Shown here piece by piece: positions 17,962-27,687 of a stretch of DNA of 64,000 nucleotides; position 1 is the first letter of the stretch, and each line of letters begins with the position of its first letter. The position numbers and the translations under genes were made by a program. The stretch spans positions 512,001 through 576,000 of the forward strand of contig OZ251459.1 of NCBI GenBank assembly GCA_965242525.1. The letters run 5' to 3'. The notes beneath the pieces are model-generated. The model worked only from the letters and a program-made list of their open reading frames with translations. It did no database searches and was not told where the DNA came from. Source of the DNA: an uncultured Candidatus Binatia bacterium. Its GTDB lineage: Bacteria > Desulfobacterota > Binatia > UBA9968 > JAJDTQ01.

Positions 17962-20376
17962 ATGGAAACGGCATCGAGGCAATGGAAGGGCCGGCGGGTC
18001 CCGCTGCGCGAGGACCTGAGGTTCGCCACCGGCAAGGGGACCTACATCGACGACATGAAGTTCCCCGACATGCTCCACGTGGCGATGCTGCGCAGCGTCC
18101 ACGCCCACGCGCGCATCCTGCGGGTCGATATGGGCGAGGCGCTGCGGGCCCCCGGGGTGGCGTGCGGCCTCACCGGGGAGGACGCACGCCGCATGACCGA
18201 GCCGCTGCGCTCCCTGGTCCCCATCCCCGCCCGGCTCGACGCCTATTGCCTGGCCTACCGCAAGGTGACCCACGTGGGCGAGCCCGTGGCCGCGGTGGCC
18301 GCGGCGAGCCGTTACCTGGCGGAAGACGCGCTGGAGAAGGTCCGGGTCGAGTACGAGCCCCTGCCCGCGGCGGTGGACCCCGAGGCGGCCATGGAGCCGG
18401 ACGCGCCGCTGCTGTTCGAGTCCATGGGGACCAACCTCATGTGGCGGGACCGTTTCGACTACGGCGACGTGGAAGGGGCCTTCCGCGCCGCGGACCGGGT
18501 AATCGGGAAGCGCTTCCACATCCAGCGGTACTCTTCCACCGCGCTGGAGACCTTCGGCTGCACCGCGGTGTACGACCACCGCCGCGGGCAGCTCACCGTC
18601 TGGTCCAACGACCAGCGGCCGGGACAGGCCATGCCTATCGTGGCCCACAGCCTGGGCCTCACCCACGCCCAGATCCGTTTCGTCACCCCGGACGTGGGCG
18701 GCGGCTTCGGCAACAAGCGCAAGGCCCAGTACCTGATCGTCGCGGCCCTGTTGTCCAGGCTGAGCGGCGGCCGGCCGGTGCAGTACCTGGAGGACCGCCG
18801 CGAGAACCTCATGGCGCTGGTCCACGCGTGCAACGGCGTGATGGACCTGGAGGCCGCCCTGGACCGGGACGGCCGCATACTCGGCCTGAAGGTGCGGGAC
18901 GTGGCCGACGAAGGGGCCAACGTCCTCAACCCCACGGTCCATTCGATCCTCAAGCTCGGCAACCTGACCAACTGCTACCGCATCCCGGTGGCCCGCTACG
19001 AGGTCAACTCGGTGATGACCCACAAGTGTCCGTCCGGGGCCAACCGGGGCATCGGCAAGCCCTTCATGTGCCTGGCCATGGAGCGGATGATGGACTACCT
19101 GGCCCGGGAGACCGGAGTGGATCGCATCGAGTTGCGGCGGCGGAACCTGGTGCCGCCGGAGGCCATGCCCTACACCGGACCCAGCGGCGCGTTGATCGAC
19201 AGCGGCGACTTCGGCGGCTCCCTGGACAAGCTGCTGCCGCTCATCGGCTACGAGGAGTTCCTGCGGGAGCAGCGGGAGGCCCGGGACCGGGGCCGGTTCC
19301 TCGGCCTGGGTCTCGCCCTGGGCCTGGAGCCCAGCACTTCCAACGCGTCGGCGTACATCCTCTCCTCGGGCAAGCGGAACGCTTCGGGCGCGGCCGAAGC
19401 CGCCATGGTGCGGGTGGAGCACGACGGCAGCATCCTGGTGCTGCTGGGCGACGTGGGCAGCGGCCAGGGGCACGAGACCGCCGCGGCCCAGATCGTCGCC
19501 GACGAGCTGGGCGTGCCCATGGACCTGGTCCGGGTGTCGCCGTTCTTCGACTCCCAGGCCGGCCCGTGGCTCTACGCCACCGGCAACTACTCCAACAAGT
19601 TCGCCGGCACCGACGTGGGCGCCATCCTCGGGGCCGCCCGCAAGGTCCGGAGCAAGCTCCTGGAGCTCGGGGCGCACCTGCTGCAGGCGCCCGCGGACGC
19701 CCTGGAGCTGGCGGACGGGGGCGTGCGCTCCCGCGCCCGTCCCGAGGACGGCAAGACCCTGGCCGAGCTCGCCTTCGTGGCCTACCGCGACCTGCTGTCG
19801 CTCCCCCCGGGGATGGAGCCCGGGCTGGAGGGGCGGTTCTACTACAAGCCGGACATCGCCAACGTCCCGGACGAGCAGCGGCGGGTGCGGAACCAGTTGT
19901 TCGCCAGCAACGCCGCCCACGCGGTCACGGTGGAGGTGGACCCCGACACCGGCGGCGTCGCCATCCTCAAGTACGCGGTGGTGCACGACTGCGGCACGGT
20001 GCTCAACCCGGCCATCGTGGAAGGACTGGTGCAGGGCGCCACCGCCCACGGCATCGGTGCGGCGTTGTACGAGGAGTTCGACTACGACGAGCAGGGGAAC
20101 CTGAAGGCCACCACCTTCGTGGACTACCTCAAGCCCACCGCGGTGGAGATCCCGGACGTGCGCATGGACCACCTGGTGACGCCGTCGCCGTACACGCCCC
20201 TGGGCATGAAGGGGGTGGGGGAGGGGGGCGCCATCCCCGCGCCCGCGGCCATCGTCAACGCGGTGGAGGACGCGCTGGCGCCCCTGGGCTGCACCTTCGA
20301 CCACCTGCCGCTCACCCCCGAGCGGGTGTGGGAGGCGATGGAGAAGGCCCGGGCGTCACGGCCCGCCCAGCCCTGA
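17962..20376 (+). CDS. Molybdenum hydroxylase molybdopterin-binding subunit (CoxL/XdhA family)
   Basis: REDLRF.TG.G.YIDD, VGGGFGNK, GQGHET, DCG.VLNP.IVEG, GMKGVGEGG. Confidence 0.92.
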   Translation: METASRQWKGRRVPLREDLRFATGKGTYIDDMKFPDMLHVAMLRSVHAHARILRVDMGEALRAPGVACGLTGEDARRMTEPLRSLVPIPARLDAYCLAYRKVTHVGEPVAAVAAASRYLAEDALEKVRVEYEPLPAAVDPEAAMEPDAPLLFESMGTNLMWRDRFDYGDVEGAFRAADRVIGKRFHIQRYSSTALETFGCTAVYDHRRGQLTVWSNDQRPGQAMPIVAHSLGLTHAQIRFVTPDVGGGFGNKRKAQYLIVAALLSRLSGGRPVQYLEDRRENLMALVHACNGVMDLEAALDRDGRILGLKVRDVADEGANVLNPTVHSILKLGNLTNCYRIPVARYEVNSVMTHKCPSGANRGIGKPFMCLAMERMMDYLARETGVDRIELRRRNLVPPEAMPYTGPSGALIDSGDFGGSLDKLLPLIGYEEFLREQREARDRGRFLGLGLALGLEPSTSNASAYILSSGKRNASGAAEAAMVRVEHDGSILVLLGDVGSGQGHETAAAQIVADELGVPMDLVRVSPFFDSQAGPWLYATGNYSNKFAGTDVGAILGAARKVRSKLLELGAHLLQAPADALELADGGVRSRARPEDGKTLAELAFVAYRDLLSLPPGMEPGLEGRFYYKPDIANVPDEQRRVRNQLFASNAAHAVTVEVDPDTGGVAILKYAVVHDCGTVLNPAIVEGLVQGATAHGIGAALYEEFDYDEQGNLKATTFVDYLKPTAVEIPDVRMDHLVTPSPYTPLGMKGVGEGGAIPAPAAIVNAVEDALAPLGCTFDHLPLTPERVWEAMEKARASRPAQP

Positions 20377-20401
20377 CGCCCGGGCCCGCGGTTCCGCCCG
20401 C

Positions 20402-21313
20402 CTACACGGTGACGTTGCACACCAGCTCGCCGTACTCCGCGTCCCGGGGGATCAGGTCCCAGGTCAGCATCCACTTGTACTGGCGCTCGAACTCTTCCTC
20501 GGTGTAGGGCTCCGGGTCCACGTAGCGCAGCCGCGGCAGGTAGAAGTCGTCCGGCGCGAGCTCCCTGGCGTAGCGCTCGGGGATCTCGGCCAGCAGGTGC
20601 TTGATGTACTTCTTCGGGTTCCGGTTGATGTAGGCCACCGACTTCCGGATGGCCCGCAGCATGCCCTTGAGCAGGTCGGGGTCCATGTCCGCGGGGCCGT
20701 TCTCCACCCCCAGGTAGTGGCCCTCCACGAGCTTCTTGTACCCGCGTTTCTCGGCCAGCGCGATCCACGGCTCCATGAGCGTGGCCGCTTCCACCTCGCG
20801 GTTCTCCAGCGCCTCGAACCGTTCCCGTACCGTGCCCGCGTGGACCACGTTCATCTCGTCCCGGCCGAGGAAGCCTTCGAGCATGGACAGCGTGTGGTAG
20901 TGGGATCCCTGGTGGTACTGGACCCCGACGCTCTTGCCCGCGAGCTGCATGGGCGCGTTCACCGGGGAGTCCGGGAGGACGTAAACGCCCTGGCACACCA
21001 CCGCCGGGCGCTTGGTCCAGATGGGGCTGCGCCGCTCGCTGTCGTAGGCCCGCCGCACCTGCCCCCACGAGCACGCGCGGTAGATGTCCACCTTCTTCTG
21101 CTCGTACAGGAACTGGTAGTTGGTGGATTTCACCAGCCGGTGGTCGGTCCTGCGCGGGTCGTCCCGGTCGAACCGGGTCTCGCGGACCCCGGGCAGGAAG
21201 ATCTCCACCTCCATGCCCTCTTCCTCGAAGAGCCCCTCTTCCTGCGCCACGAACCAGTGCAGCCCGAGCACCGCCTCGGCGCTCTCCACGTTGATCTTGA
21301 CCCTTTCCGTCAT
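20402..21313 (-). CDS. NMT1/SsuA-like substrate-binding-fold protein
   Basis: VAQEEGLFEEEGMEVE, LAGKSVGV, ATLMEPW; no obvious signal peptide. Confidence 0.7.
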   Translation of the reverse strand: MTERVKINVESAEAVLGLHWFVAQEEGLFEEEGMEVEIFLPGVRETRFDRDDPRRTDHRLVKSTNYQFLYEQKKVDIYRACSWGQVRRAYDSERRSPIWTKRPAVVCQGVYVLPDSPVNAPMQLAGKSVGVQYHQGSHYHTLSMLEGFLGRDEMNVVHAGTVRERFEALENREVEAATLMEPWIALAEKRGYKKLVEGHYLGVENGPADMDPDLLKGMLRAIRKSVAYINRNPKKYIKHLLAEIPERYARELAPDDFYLPRLRYVDPEPYTEEEFERQYKWMLTWDLIPRDAEYGELVCNVTV

Positions 21314-21408
21314 CTGTCCGGTCTCCTTTCCACTTTCGAGCGTTGCTTACAACCGAAAAGCACCCAGGGTCAAGGAACCGGAAAGTCCCGGCTGCCTGCC
21401 CGCCGCCG

Positions 21409-22773
21409 CTACCCGGCGTAGCGCGGCACGATGTTGACCGGCGTGTACTCCGCGGGCGCCTCGGTCACGAACAGTTCCGGCTCGATGCCGTAGAGCCGTC
21501 GGGCGTTGCCGCCAAGCAGCTTTTCCTGCGCTTCCCGGGGGACCCCGTGGCGGTTCATGTTGTCCACCGCCTCCCAGGTGTCGGAGGCGTCGTGGTGCGG
21601 CATGTCCGACGACCACAGGCCGATGTCCTCGAAGAGGTCCCACAGCCGGAGGGTGACGTCCTCGTCGCTCTCGAAGGCGATGAAGCACTGCCGGGCAAAG
21701 GTCTCCCGCGGGTCGGCCACCTTCTGGGGCGGCTTGGCCTGCTCCCGCACGAAGCGGTAGAGGTCCAGGTAGGTCTCGGCTTTCTCCAGGACCAGGGGCA
21801 GCCAACTGGAGTTGGATTCCAGGATGGCAACCCGGAGGCGGGGGAACTTCTCCAGCCATCCCGTGAGCAGCGCCACCATGGTCCAGGTCTGGGCCTCGCT
21901 GATGAAGCTCAGGGACTCGGAGCCCGGTTGCACCGATCCCATGCTCCGCATGATGTTCTCCACGAATTGTCCCGGCGAATAGACGTGCACGTCGTGGGCG
22001 GTAAAGGGCGAGCGCCGGGCGCTGCTCTGGCCCCGGGTGCCGGACGACATGCGTTCCGCCATGGCCTCGGTCACCGCCTCGCCGCCGGACGGGAAGGTGT
22101 GCATGCCCAGGGCCATGCCCAACTCCTCGAACTCCTTCCACAGGGGGTCGAACTCGGGGAACGTGGGGTAGCGGTCGTTGACGATCACCGGCCGGACCAC
22201 CGCGGACTTGAAGCCCATCTTGGCCGCCCGGCGGAGCTCCCGGACCGAGTGCCCCACGTCCTGGACGGGCAGCACCGCGCACGGAAACAGCCGCCTGCGG
22301 TCCGCGGCGCAATAGTCGTTGACCCAGTCGTTGTAGGCGGCGGCGCAGATGCGCGCCGCTTCCGCGTTCCTCACCAGGGGCATGCGCACGAAGGTGGAGG
22401 GGAACACCATGACCTGGTCGATGCCCGACGCGTCCATGTCCCGGAGGCGCACCTGGGGGTCGCGCTGGCTGGCGTTGCGGCCGACCTCCCGGTCCCATCG
22501 GGGGTCGCTGGGCGGGATGGACCCCAGGATCTTCTTGTTCATTCCCGGGTGCCAGCCTTGTCCGGGATAGGTGTAGGTCTTGGGGTTGCCGTAGCTGACG
22601 CGGCCGTTCAGGACCATCACGAGCCGGTCCATGTCCCGGTAGAAGTGCTGCTTGGCGAACGCCCGCTGCTTCTCCGGTATGTACTCGTCCCAGACCTCCC
22701 GGGGTTCGTGGATGTGGCTGTCGCAGTCGAAGACCGGAAAGTCCTTGGTGCGCCCCTGCGCCGTATAAGCCAT
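21409..22773 (-). CDS. Amidohydrolase_2 family protein (decarboxylase/hydratase-like)
   Basis: DCDSHIHEP, AYNDW, FPRLRVAILE, SSDMPHHD, NARRLY. Confidence 0.85.
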   Translation of the reverse strand: MAYTAQGRTKDFPVFDCDSHIHEPREVWDEYIPEKQRAFAKQHFYRDMDRLVMVLNGRVSYGNPKTYTYPGQGWHPGMNKKILGSIPPSDPRWDREVGRNASQRDPQVRLRDMDASGIDQVMVFPSTFVRMPLVRNAEAARICAAAYNDWVNDYCAADRRRLFPCAVLPVQDVGHSVRELRRAAKMGFKSAVVRPVIVNDRYPTFPEFDPLWKEFEELGMALGMHTFPSGGEAVTEAMAERMSSGTRGQSSARRSPFTAHDVHVYSPGQFVENIMRSMGSVQPGSESLSFISEAQTWTMVALLTGWLEKFPRLRVAILESNSSWLPLVLEKAETYLDLYRFVREQAKPPQKVADPRETFARQCFIAFESDEDVTLRLWDLFEDIGLWSSDMPHHDASDTWEAVDNMNRHGVPREAQEKLLGGNARRLYGIEPELFVTEAPAEYTPVNIVPRYAG

Positions 22774-22859
22774 GGTTCCCTCCATGTGTGGGAATGCGCC
22801 GCGCCGGCCCGCTCCGCGGCCCGGACGCCGCGGCTCCGGTCCGGCCGAGCCCCGGGCGG

Positions 22860-23306
22860 CTAGGACCTCGGCCTGAACTTCGGCAGCGTGTACTCTTCGT
22901 GGTCCTCGAAGACCACCTCCACCGCCATGCCGACCTTCACGTCTTCCGGCGCCATGTCCACCACGTTGCTCACCAGCCGGGGTCCCTCTTCCAGGTCGAT
23001 GAGCGACACGTTGTAGGGGATCCGGTCCTGGTAGTCTGGGTGCCACGCGCGATGGTAGGTGACGAAGGAATAGACCGTGCCCCTGCCGCTCACCGGGACC
23101 CATTCGTTGTCGGACGAAAGGCACTTGGCGCACAGGGCCTGGGGCGGGAAGTGGAAGTACGTCCGGCACGAGTTGCACTGCTGCGCGGTGAGCCTGTGCT
23201 CCTTCAGGTTGTCCCAGAAGGGCTTGGCCTCCACCTCCGCGAGGAACGGTTCGTTGCGCGGCGCCGCGCGCCCGCGCTTGTCGTGCGCCTGCTGTGGCTT
23301 GCTCAT
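22860..23306 (-). CDS. DUF35 Zn-ribbon/OB-fold protein
   Basis: QQCNSC...PPQALCAKC, GRGTVYSF, LEEGPRLVSN. Confidence 0.9.
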   Translation of the reverse strand: MSKPQQAHDKRGRAAPRNEPFLAEVEAKPFWDNLKEHRLTAQQCNSCRTYFHFPPQALCAKCLSSDNEWVPVSGRGTVYSFVTYHRAWHPDYQDRIPYNVSLIDLEEGPRLVSNVVDMAPEDVKVGMAVEVVFEDHEEYTLPKFRPRS

Positions 23307-24457
23307 TGTACCCCCAGTACCAGTGAGGCGTGCATGCACAGGCTGCCGCCGTGGCCGCTGATGATGCCCGTTCGGGCGCCATGCACCTGCCGCTCGGGCT
23401 CCACCTCGTTGCCGCGTAGCTGCTTGACGCCTTCGGTGACGTGCATGATCCCCTCCAGGTGGGCCTGGGAAAGCAGCCCGCCGTGGGTGTTGACCGGGAT
23501 CTCGCCGCCCACCTCGATGCGGCCGTCCTTGACGAAGTCCTTGCCCTCGCCCTTGCCGCAGAAACCGTAGTCCTCGATGGTGATCATCGTGGTGATGGTG
23601 AAGCAGTCGTAGATCTGGGCGAAGTCCATGTCCCCGGGTCCGAGGCCCGCCATGCCGTAGGCCAGCTCGGACGATTTCCGGCTTCCCAACGTGGTGAGGG
23701 TGGGCGCGTCCATGACGCTGGAATGGGGGTGGTGCTGCCCCATGCCCAACACCAGCACCGGCTTCCTGGGCAGGTCCCTGGCCCGCTCCAGGCTGGTCAC
23801 CAGCAGGGCGGCCCCGCCGTCCGACTCCAGCGAGCAGTCGAACAGGTGCAGCGGCGCCACGATCATGCGCGACGCTTGGTGGTCCTCGATGGTCATGGGC
23901 TTCTGCATGGCGGCGTTCCGGTTCATGCACGCGTGCTTGCGCGTGGACACCGCGATCTGGCCCAGGTCCTCGCTGGTGGTGCCGAACTCGTGCATGTGGC
24001 GCGTGGCCGCGAACGCGTGGTTGGCCACCGCGGAGAAATGGCCCCAGGGCTGCTCCCAGTGCTCATCGCCGCTGCGGATGGGGTACCCGGGCGTGGGGTC
24101 CGGCGTCGCCCGCTTGCGCGCGTGGACGCACACCACGTAGTTGGCCATGCCCGACTCGATGGCCATGACCGCGTTCTGGATCATGGCGATGGGCGTGGCG
24201 CCCCCCAGGGCCAGGTCCGTGGCGTAGCTGGGATCGATGCCGGCCATGTGCGCCAGGCGCACCGCATAGCTCCGATGGGCGTCCGTGAGCGGCTGGTTGG
24301 TAAGGAAACCGTCCACCTGCGAGGCCCGGACTCCGGCGTCCTCCAGGCAGGCGCGAATCGCTTCCAGGTGAAGCGAGTTGGTGGTGGCCTCGGGCCGCTT
24401 GCCCACCCTGGTCTCGCCCACGCCGACGATGGCGTACTTCCCCGACAGGTTCGACAT
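23303..24457 (-). CDS. Thiolase-fold lipid-transfer protein (SCP-x/Ltp2-like)
   Basis: DCSLESDGG, IYDCFT, VNTHGGLLS; coupled to the DUF35 gene. Confidence 0.88.
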   Translation of the reverse strand: MSNLSGKYAIVGVGETRVGKRPEATTNSLHLEAIRACLEDAGVRASQVDGFLTNQPLTDAHRSYAVRLAHMAGIDPSYATDLALGGATPIAMIQNAVMAIESGMANYVVCVHARKRATPDPTPGYPIRSGDEHWEQPWGHFSAVANHAFAATRHMHEFGTTSEDLGQIAVSTRKHACMNRNAAMQKPMTIEDHQASRMIVAPLHLFDCSLESDGGAALLVTSLERARDLPRKPVLVLGMGQHHPHSSVMDAPTLTTLGSRKSSELAYGMAGLGPGDMDFAQIYDCFTITTMITIEDYGFCGKGEGKDFVKDGRIEVGGEIPVNTHGGLLSQAHLEGIMHVTEGVKQLRGNEVEPERQVHGARTGIISGHGGSLCMHASLVLGVQ

Positions 24458-24466
24458 GACCGCCTC

Positions 24467-25507
24467 CTACTTGTCCAGGCCGATGATCTTCCGCGTGCGG
24501 CTCACCACCTCCGGCGTCATCTGCGTCTTCATGTTGGCGATGAGGTCGGTGAGGTACTTGCCGCTCCTGGGGTTGATGTCCAGGCGCGTCCGCTTGGCGT
24601 CGGCCAGGAACTCGGGGTCCTCCAGCGTGGCCTCGAAGGCCTTCCGCAGGACCGCCACCCTGTCGCCGGGCGTCTTCGGGGGCACGGCCCAGGGCCGCAG
24701 CATGGCCGCGGGCAGGAGCAGGACCTTCATGAACGCGATGTCCGCGGGCTTGGTGATCCTCTCGTTCAGGAACGGCACTTTTCGTTCCTCCAATTCCGGG
24801 TGGCGGTTGTAGTCCAGGTAGGCGATGATCTTCGCTTCGCCGTCGTCGAGCAGGGACATGCCGGTGGACTTCACCGAGTCCCAGCTCCATCCGGTGAGGC
24901 CGTCCACCTCGTTCTGCAGCAGCGCTGCGCGGATGGGCGCGGTGCCCTTGTAGCCGGCCACGATCTCGGATGTCTTGCCGAAGATGTCGTTCATGGCCAA
25001 GGGGATGCTGCAGGTCAGGCTGTTGCGCGACGTGCAGCCGAAGATCAACGGCTTGGTCTTGGGGTCGAGCCACTGGTCCATGGTCCGGATGGGGGAGTCC
25101 TTGCGCACCACCGCGGTGATGGGGCCGCTGTTGGCCAGTCCCAGCCAGATGAACTTGGTGACGTCGTACTTGATCCCGGGGAAGTCCAGGTACTGGGCCT
25201 GGGCCACGCCCCAACTGGGCTGCACCAGCGCGAGGCCGTCCGGCTTGGTCACGTTATAGACGTAGTTGGTGCCGATGAGACCGCTGGCCCCCGGGATGTT
25301 GATGACGATGACGTTGGGCTTGCCGGGGATGTGCTTGCCCAGGTGGCGCGCGAAGAGGCGGGAGTAGGTGTCGTAGCCGCCCCCCGGCGAGTGTACCGAC
25401 ACGATCTTGACCGTCTTGCCTTCGTAGAACGACTTCGCTCCGGCCGCGCTCCCGACCGCCAGCAACGCCGCCATGAAGAGTCCCATCCATGCCATTCGTC
25501 GAGCCAT
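24467..25507 (-). CDS. Tripartite tricarboxylate transporter-type (Bug/TctC) substrate-binding protein
   Basis: Signal peptide, FYEGKTV, PGGGYD.Y.R, GY.G...I..AL...EVDG. Confidence 0.88.
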   Translation of the reverse strand: MARRMAWMGLFMAALLAVGSAAGAKSFYEGKTVKIVSVHSPGGGYDTYSRLFARHLGKHIPGKPNVIVINIPGASGLIGTNYVYNVTKPDGLALVQPSWGVAQAQYLDFPGIKYDVTKFIWLGLANSGPITAVVRKDSPIRTMDQWLDPKTKPLIFGCTSRNSLTCSIPLAMNDIFGKTSEIVAGYKGTAPIRAALLQNEVDGLTGWSWDSVKSTGMSLLDDGEAKIIAYLDYNRHPELEERKVPFLNERITKPADIAFMKVLLLPAAMLRPWAVPPKTPGDRVAVLRKAFEATLEDPEFLADAKRTRLDINPRSGKYLTDLIANMKTQMTPEVVSRTRKIIGLDK

Positions 25508-25710
25508 TTCCGTTCTCCTTCCTCGTTGGACAGAAAGACCTTCCCGTTTGCCGGACGCTACGATAGACCAGCGGGCGGGCCATTTCAACAGGGAAACGGG
25601 CGCCGCTCCCCGGTTGAACGGACCTTGCGATTGGAGTAGCTTTCCGGTAGCGAGTCCAGCGGAACGGAGCGCCGGAACGCCAACCGGGCGGGCATCCTCG
25701 GGGAGGAACC

Positions 25711-26835
25711 ATGTCAGAGGTCAAGGCCGGACTGGAAGGGGTGGTGGCGGGTGAGACGGCCATCTGTGCGCTGCGCGTCGAGGAGGGCCGGCTGCTCTAC
25801 CGCGGCTACGACGTGCACGAGCTCGCAGAGCAGGCGGCCTTCGAGGAGGCGGCGCACTTGGTGCTCTTCGGCCGGCTTCCCACCCGGGCGGAGCTGGATT
25901 CCTTCGATGCGGAGTTGAAGTCCAACCGGGCGTTGCCCGCGGGCGTGATGGACGGCCTCGCGCTGCTCCCGTCGGACGCCGTCCCCATGGACGCGCTGCG
26001 CACCGCGGTATCGGCGCTGGCCCTCCACGACCCCGATGCAGGGGATGATTCGCGCCCTGCCAACCTGCGCAAGGCCACCCGCCTGCTCGCCCGGACGGCC
26101 ACGGCGGTGGCGGCGCTCCACCGGCTCTCCCGGGGTCTCGACCCGGTTGCGCCGGACCCGGCGCTCGACCATGCGGCCAACTTCCTCTACATGCTGCGGG
26201 GGGAGCGTCCGGACGAGTTCGAAGCCAGAGTGCTGGAGGTGACGCTGATCCTCTACATGGAGCACGAGTTCAACGCCTCCACCTTCACGGCCCGGGTCAT
26301 CGCCTCCACCCTGTCCGACCTCTACGGCGCGGTGGTGGGCGCGGTCGCCGCGCTCAAGGGGCCGCTCCACGGAGGCGCCAACGAAAAGGCCATGGAGGTG
26401 CTCCTCGAGATCGGCGACCCCGCCCGGGCCGAAGCGTGGGTGCAGGAGAGCCTGCGGCGGAAGGAGCGCGTCATGGGGTTCGGCCACCGCATCTACAAGA
26501 CCGCGGACTCCCGGGTGGAGTTGGCGAAGAAGTGGGGCGGGTTGCTCGGCCGGCATATCGACGACAGCCGGTGGAGCGACGTCTGCGCCACAGTGGAGGA
26601 CGTCATGCGGCGGGAGAAGAACCTGTTCCCCAACGTCGATTTCTACGCCGCTCCCATCTACTACATGATGAAGATCCCGGTGGGCCTCAACACGCCCATT
26701 TTCGCCATGAGCCGGGTGGCGGGCTGGTGCGCCCACGTCATGGAGCAGATGGAGCACAACCGCCTGTTCCGGCCCAACTCCCGGTACGTGGGCCCGGAGG
26801 GTCTCGCGTTCGAGCCGCTGGACCGGCGCGGCTGA
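25711..26835 (+). CDS. Citrate/2-methylcitrate synthase
   Basis: EHEFNASTF, GPLHGGANE, MGFGHRIYK, FPNVDFY. Confidence 0.92.
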   Translation: MSEVKAGLEGVVAGETAICALRVEEGRLLYRGYDVHELAEQAAFEEAAHLVLFGRLPTRAELDSFDAELKSNRALPAGVMDGLALLPSDAVPMDALRTAVSALALHDPDAGDDSRPANLRKATRLLARTATAVAALHRLSRGLDPVAPDPALDHAANFLYMLRGERPDEFEARVLEVTLILYMEHEFNASTFTARVIASTLSDLYGAVVGAVAALKGPLHGGANEKAMEVLLEIGDPARAEAWVQESLRRKERVMGFGHRIYKTADSRVELAKKWGGLLGRHIDDSRWSDVCATVEDVMRREKNLFPNVDFYAAPIYYMMKIPVGLNTPIFAMSRVAGWCAHVMEQMEHNRLFRPNSRYVGPEGLAFEPLDRRG

Positions 26836-26869
26836 TCCGGAGACCGTGCGGACAGGATCGAGGAGGACC

Positions 26870-27655
26870 ATGGACTACCAAGCCATCGAGTTCGAGAGGA
26901 AGGACGGCATCGCCTACGTGACCCTCAACCGGCCCGAGGCGCTGAACGCCCGCAACCGGCGCATGCGCGAGGAGCTCATCGACGCGGTGACGGTGGTTCG
27001 GGCGGACCCGGAAGTGCGGGCGGTGATCCTGACCGGCGCCGGCGAGAGGGCGTTCTCGGCCGGACGCGACCTGAAGGAGGCGGCCCGGGAGAAGACCGGC
27101 GTGGTGGCCGCCCGGCAGCAGAAGCTGGAGGTCAGCGACACGGAGATGATCGCCCGGCTCCCCAAGCCCGTCATCGCGGCCATCAACGGCTACGCCCTGG
27201 GCGGCGGCTGCGAGTTGGCGCTGGCCTGCGACATCCGGGTGGCGGTGGAAGGCGCCAGGCTGGGTCTGCCGGAGGTGTCCCGGGGCATGATCCCCGGAAG
27301 CGGCGGGACCCAGCGCCTGTCCCGGGTGGTGGGGCTCGGCAAGGCCCTGGAGCTGATCCTCACGGGCGGGGTCATCGACGCCGAAGAAGCCCTCCGCATC
27401 GGGCTGGTCAACCGGGTGGCGCCCCGGGAAGGGCTCATGGCCGCGGCCGAGGAATACGCCCGGGCCATCGCGCGCCAAGCGCCGGTGGCGGTGGTGTTCG
27501 CCAAGGAGGCGGTGCGCGAGGGCTACGAGATGTCCCTGGACGACGGCCTGCGGCTGGAGACCGACCTGTCGGCGCTGCTCAGGACCACCGAGGACATCAA
27601 GGAAGGGGCCCGGGCCTTCGTGGAGAAGCGCCCGCCCCAATGGCGCGGACAGTGA
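26870..27655 (+). CDS. Enoyl-CoA hydratase/isomerase family
   Basis: LNRPEALNA, AFSAGRD, GYALGGGCE, PE...G.IPG.GGTQRL. Confidence 0.92.
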   Translation: MDYQAIEFERKDGIAYVTLNRPEALNARNRRMREELIDAVTVVRADPEVRAVILTGAGERAFSAGRDLKEAAREKTGVVAARQQKLEVSDTEMIARLPKPVIAAINGYALGGGCELALACDIRVAVEGARLGLPEVSRGMIPGSGGTQRLSRVVGLGKALELILTGGVIDAEEALRIGLVNRVAPREGLMAAAEEYARAIARQAPVAVVFAKEAVREGYEMSLDDGLRLETDLSALLRTTEDIKEGARAFVEKRPPQWRGQ

Positions 27656-27687
27656 CCGGCTGCCGCTGAAGCGGAAGGGGAGGGGAC

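Noticed and set aside
16399-20376. Aerobic CO dehydrogenase (coxMSL) call
   Set aside because: Lacks the AYxCSFR motif and cox accessory genes
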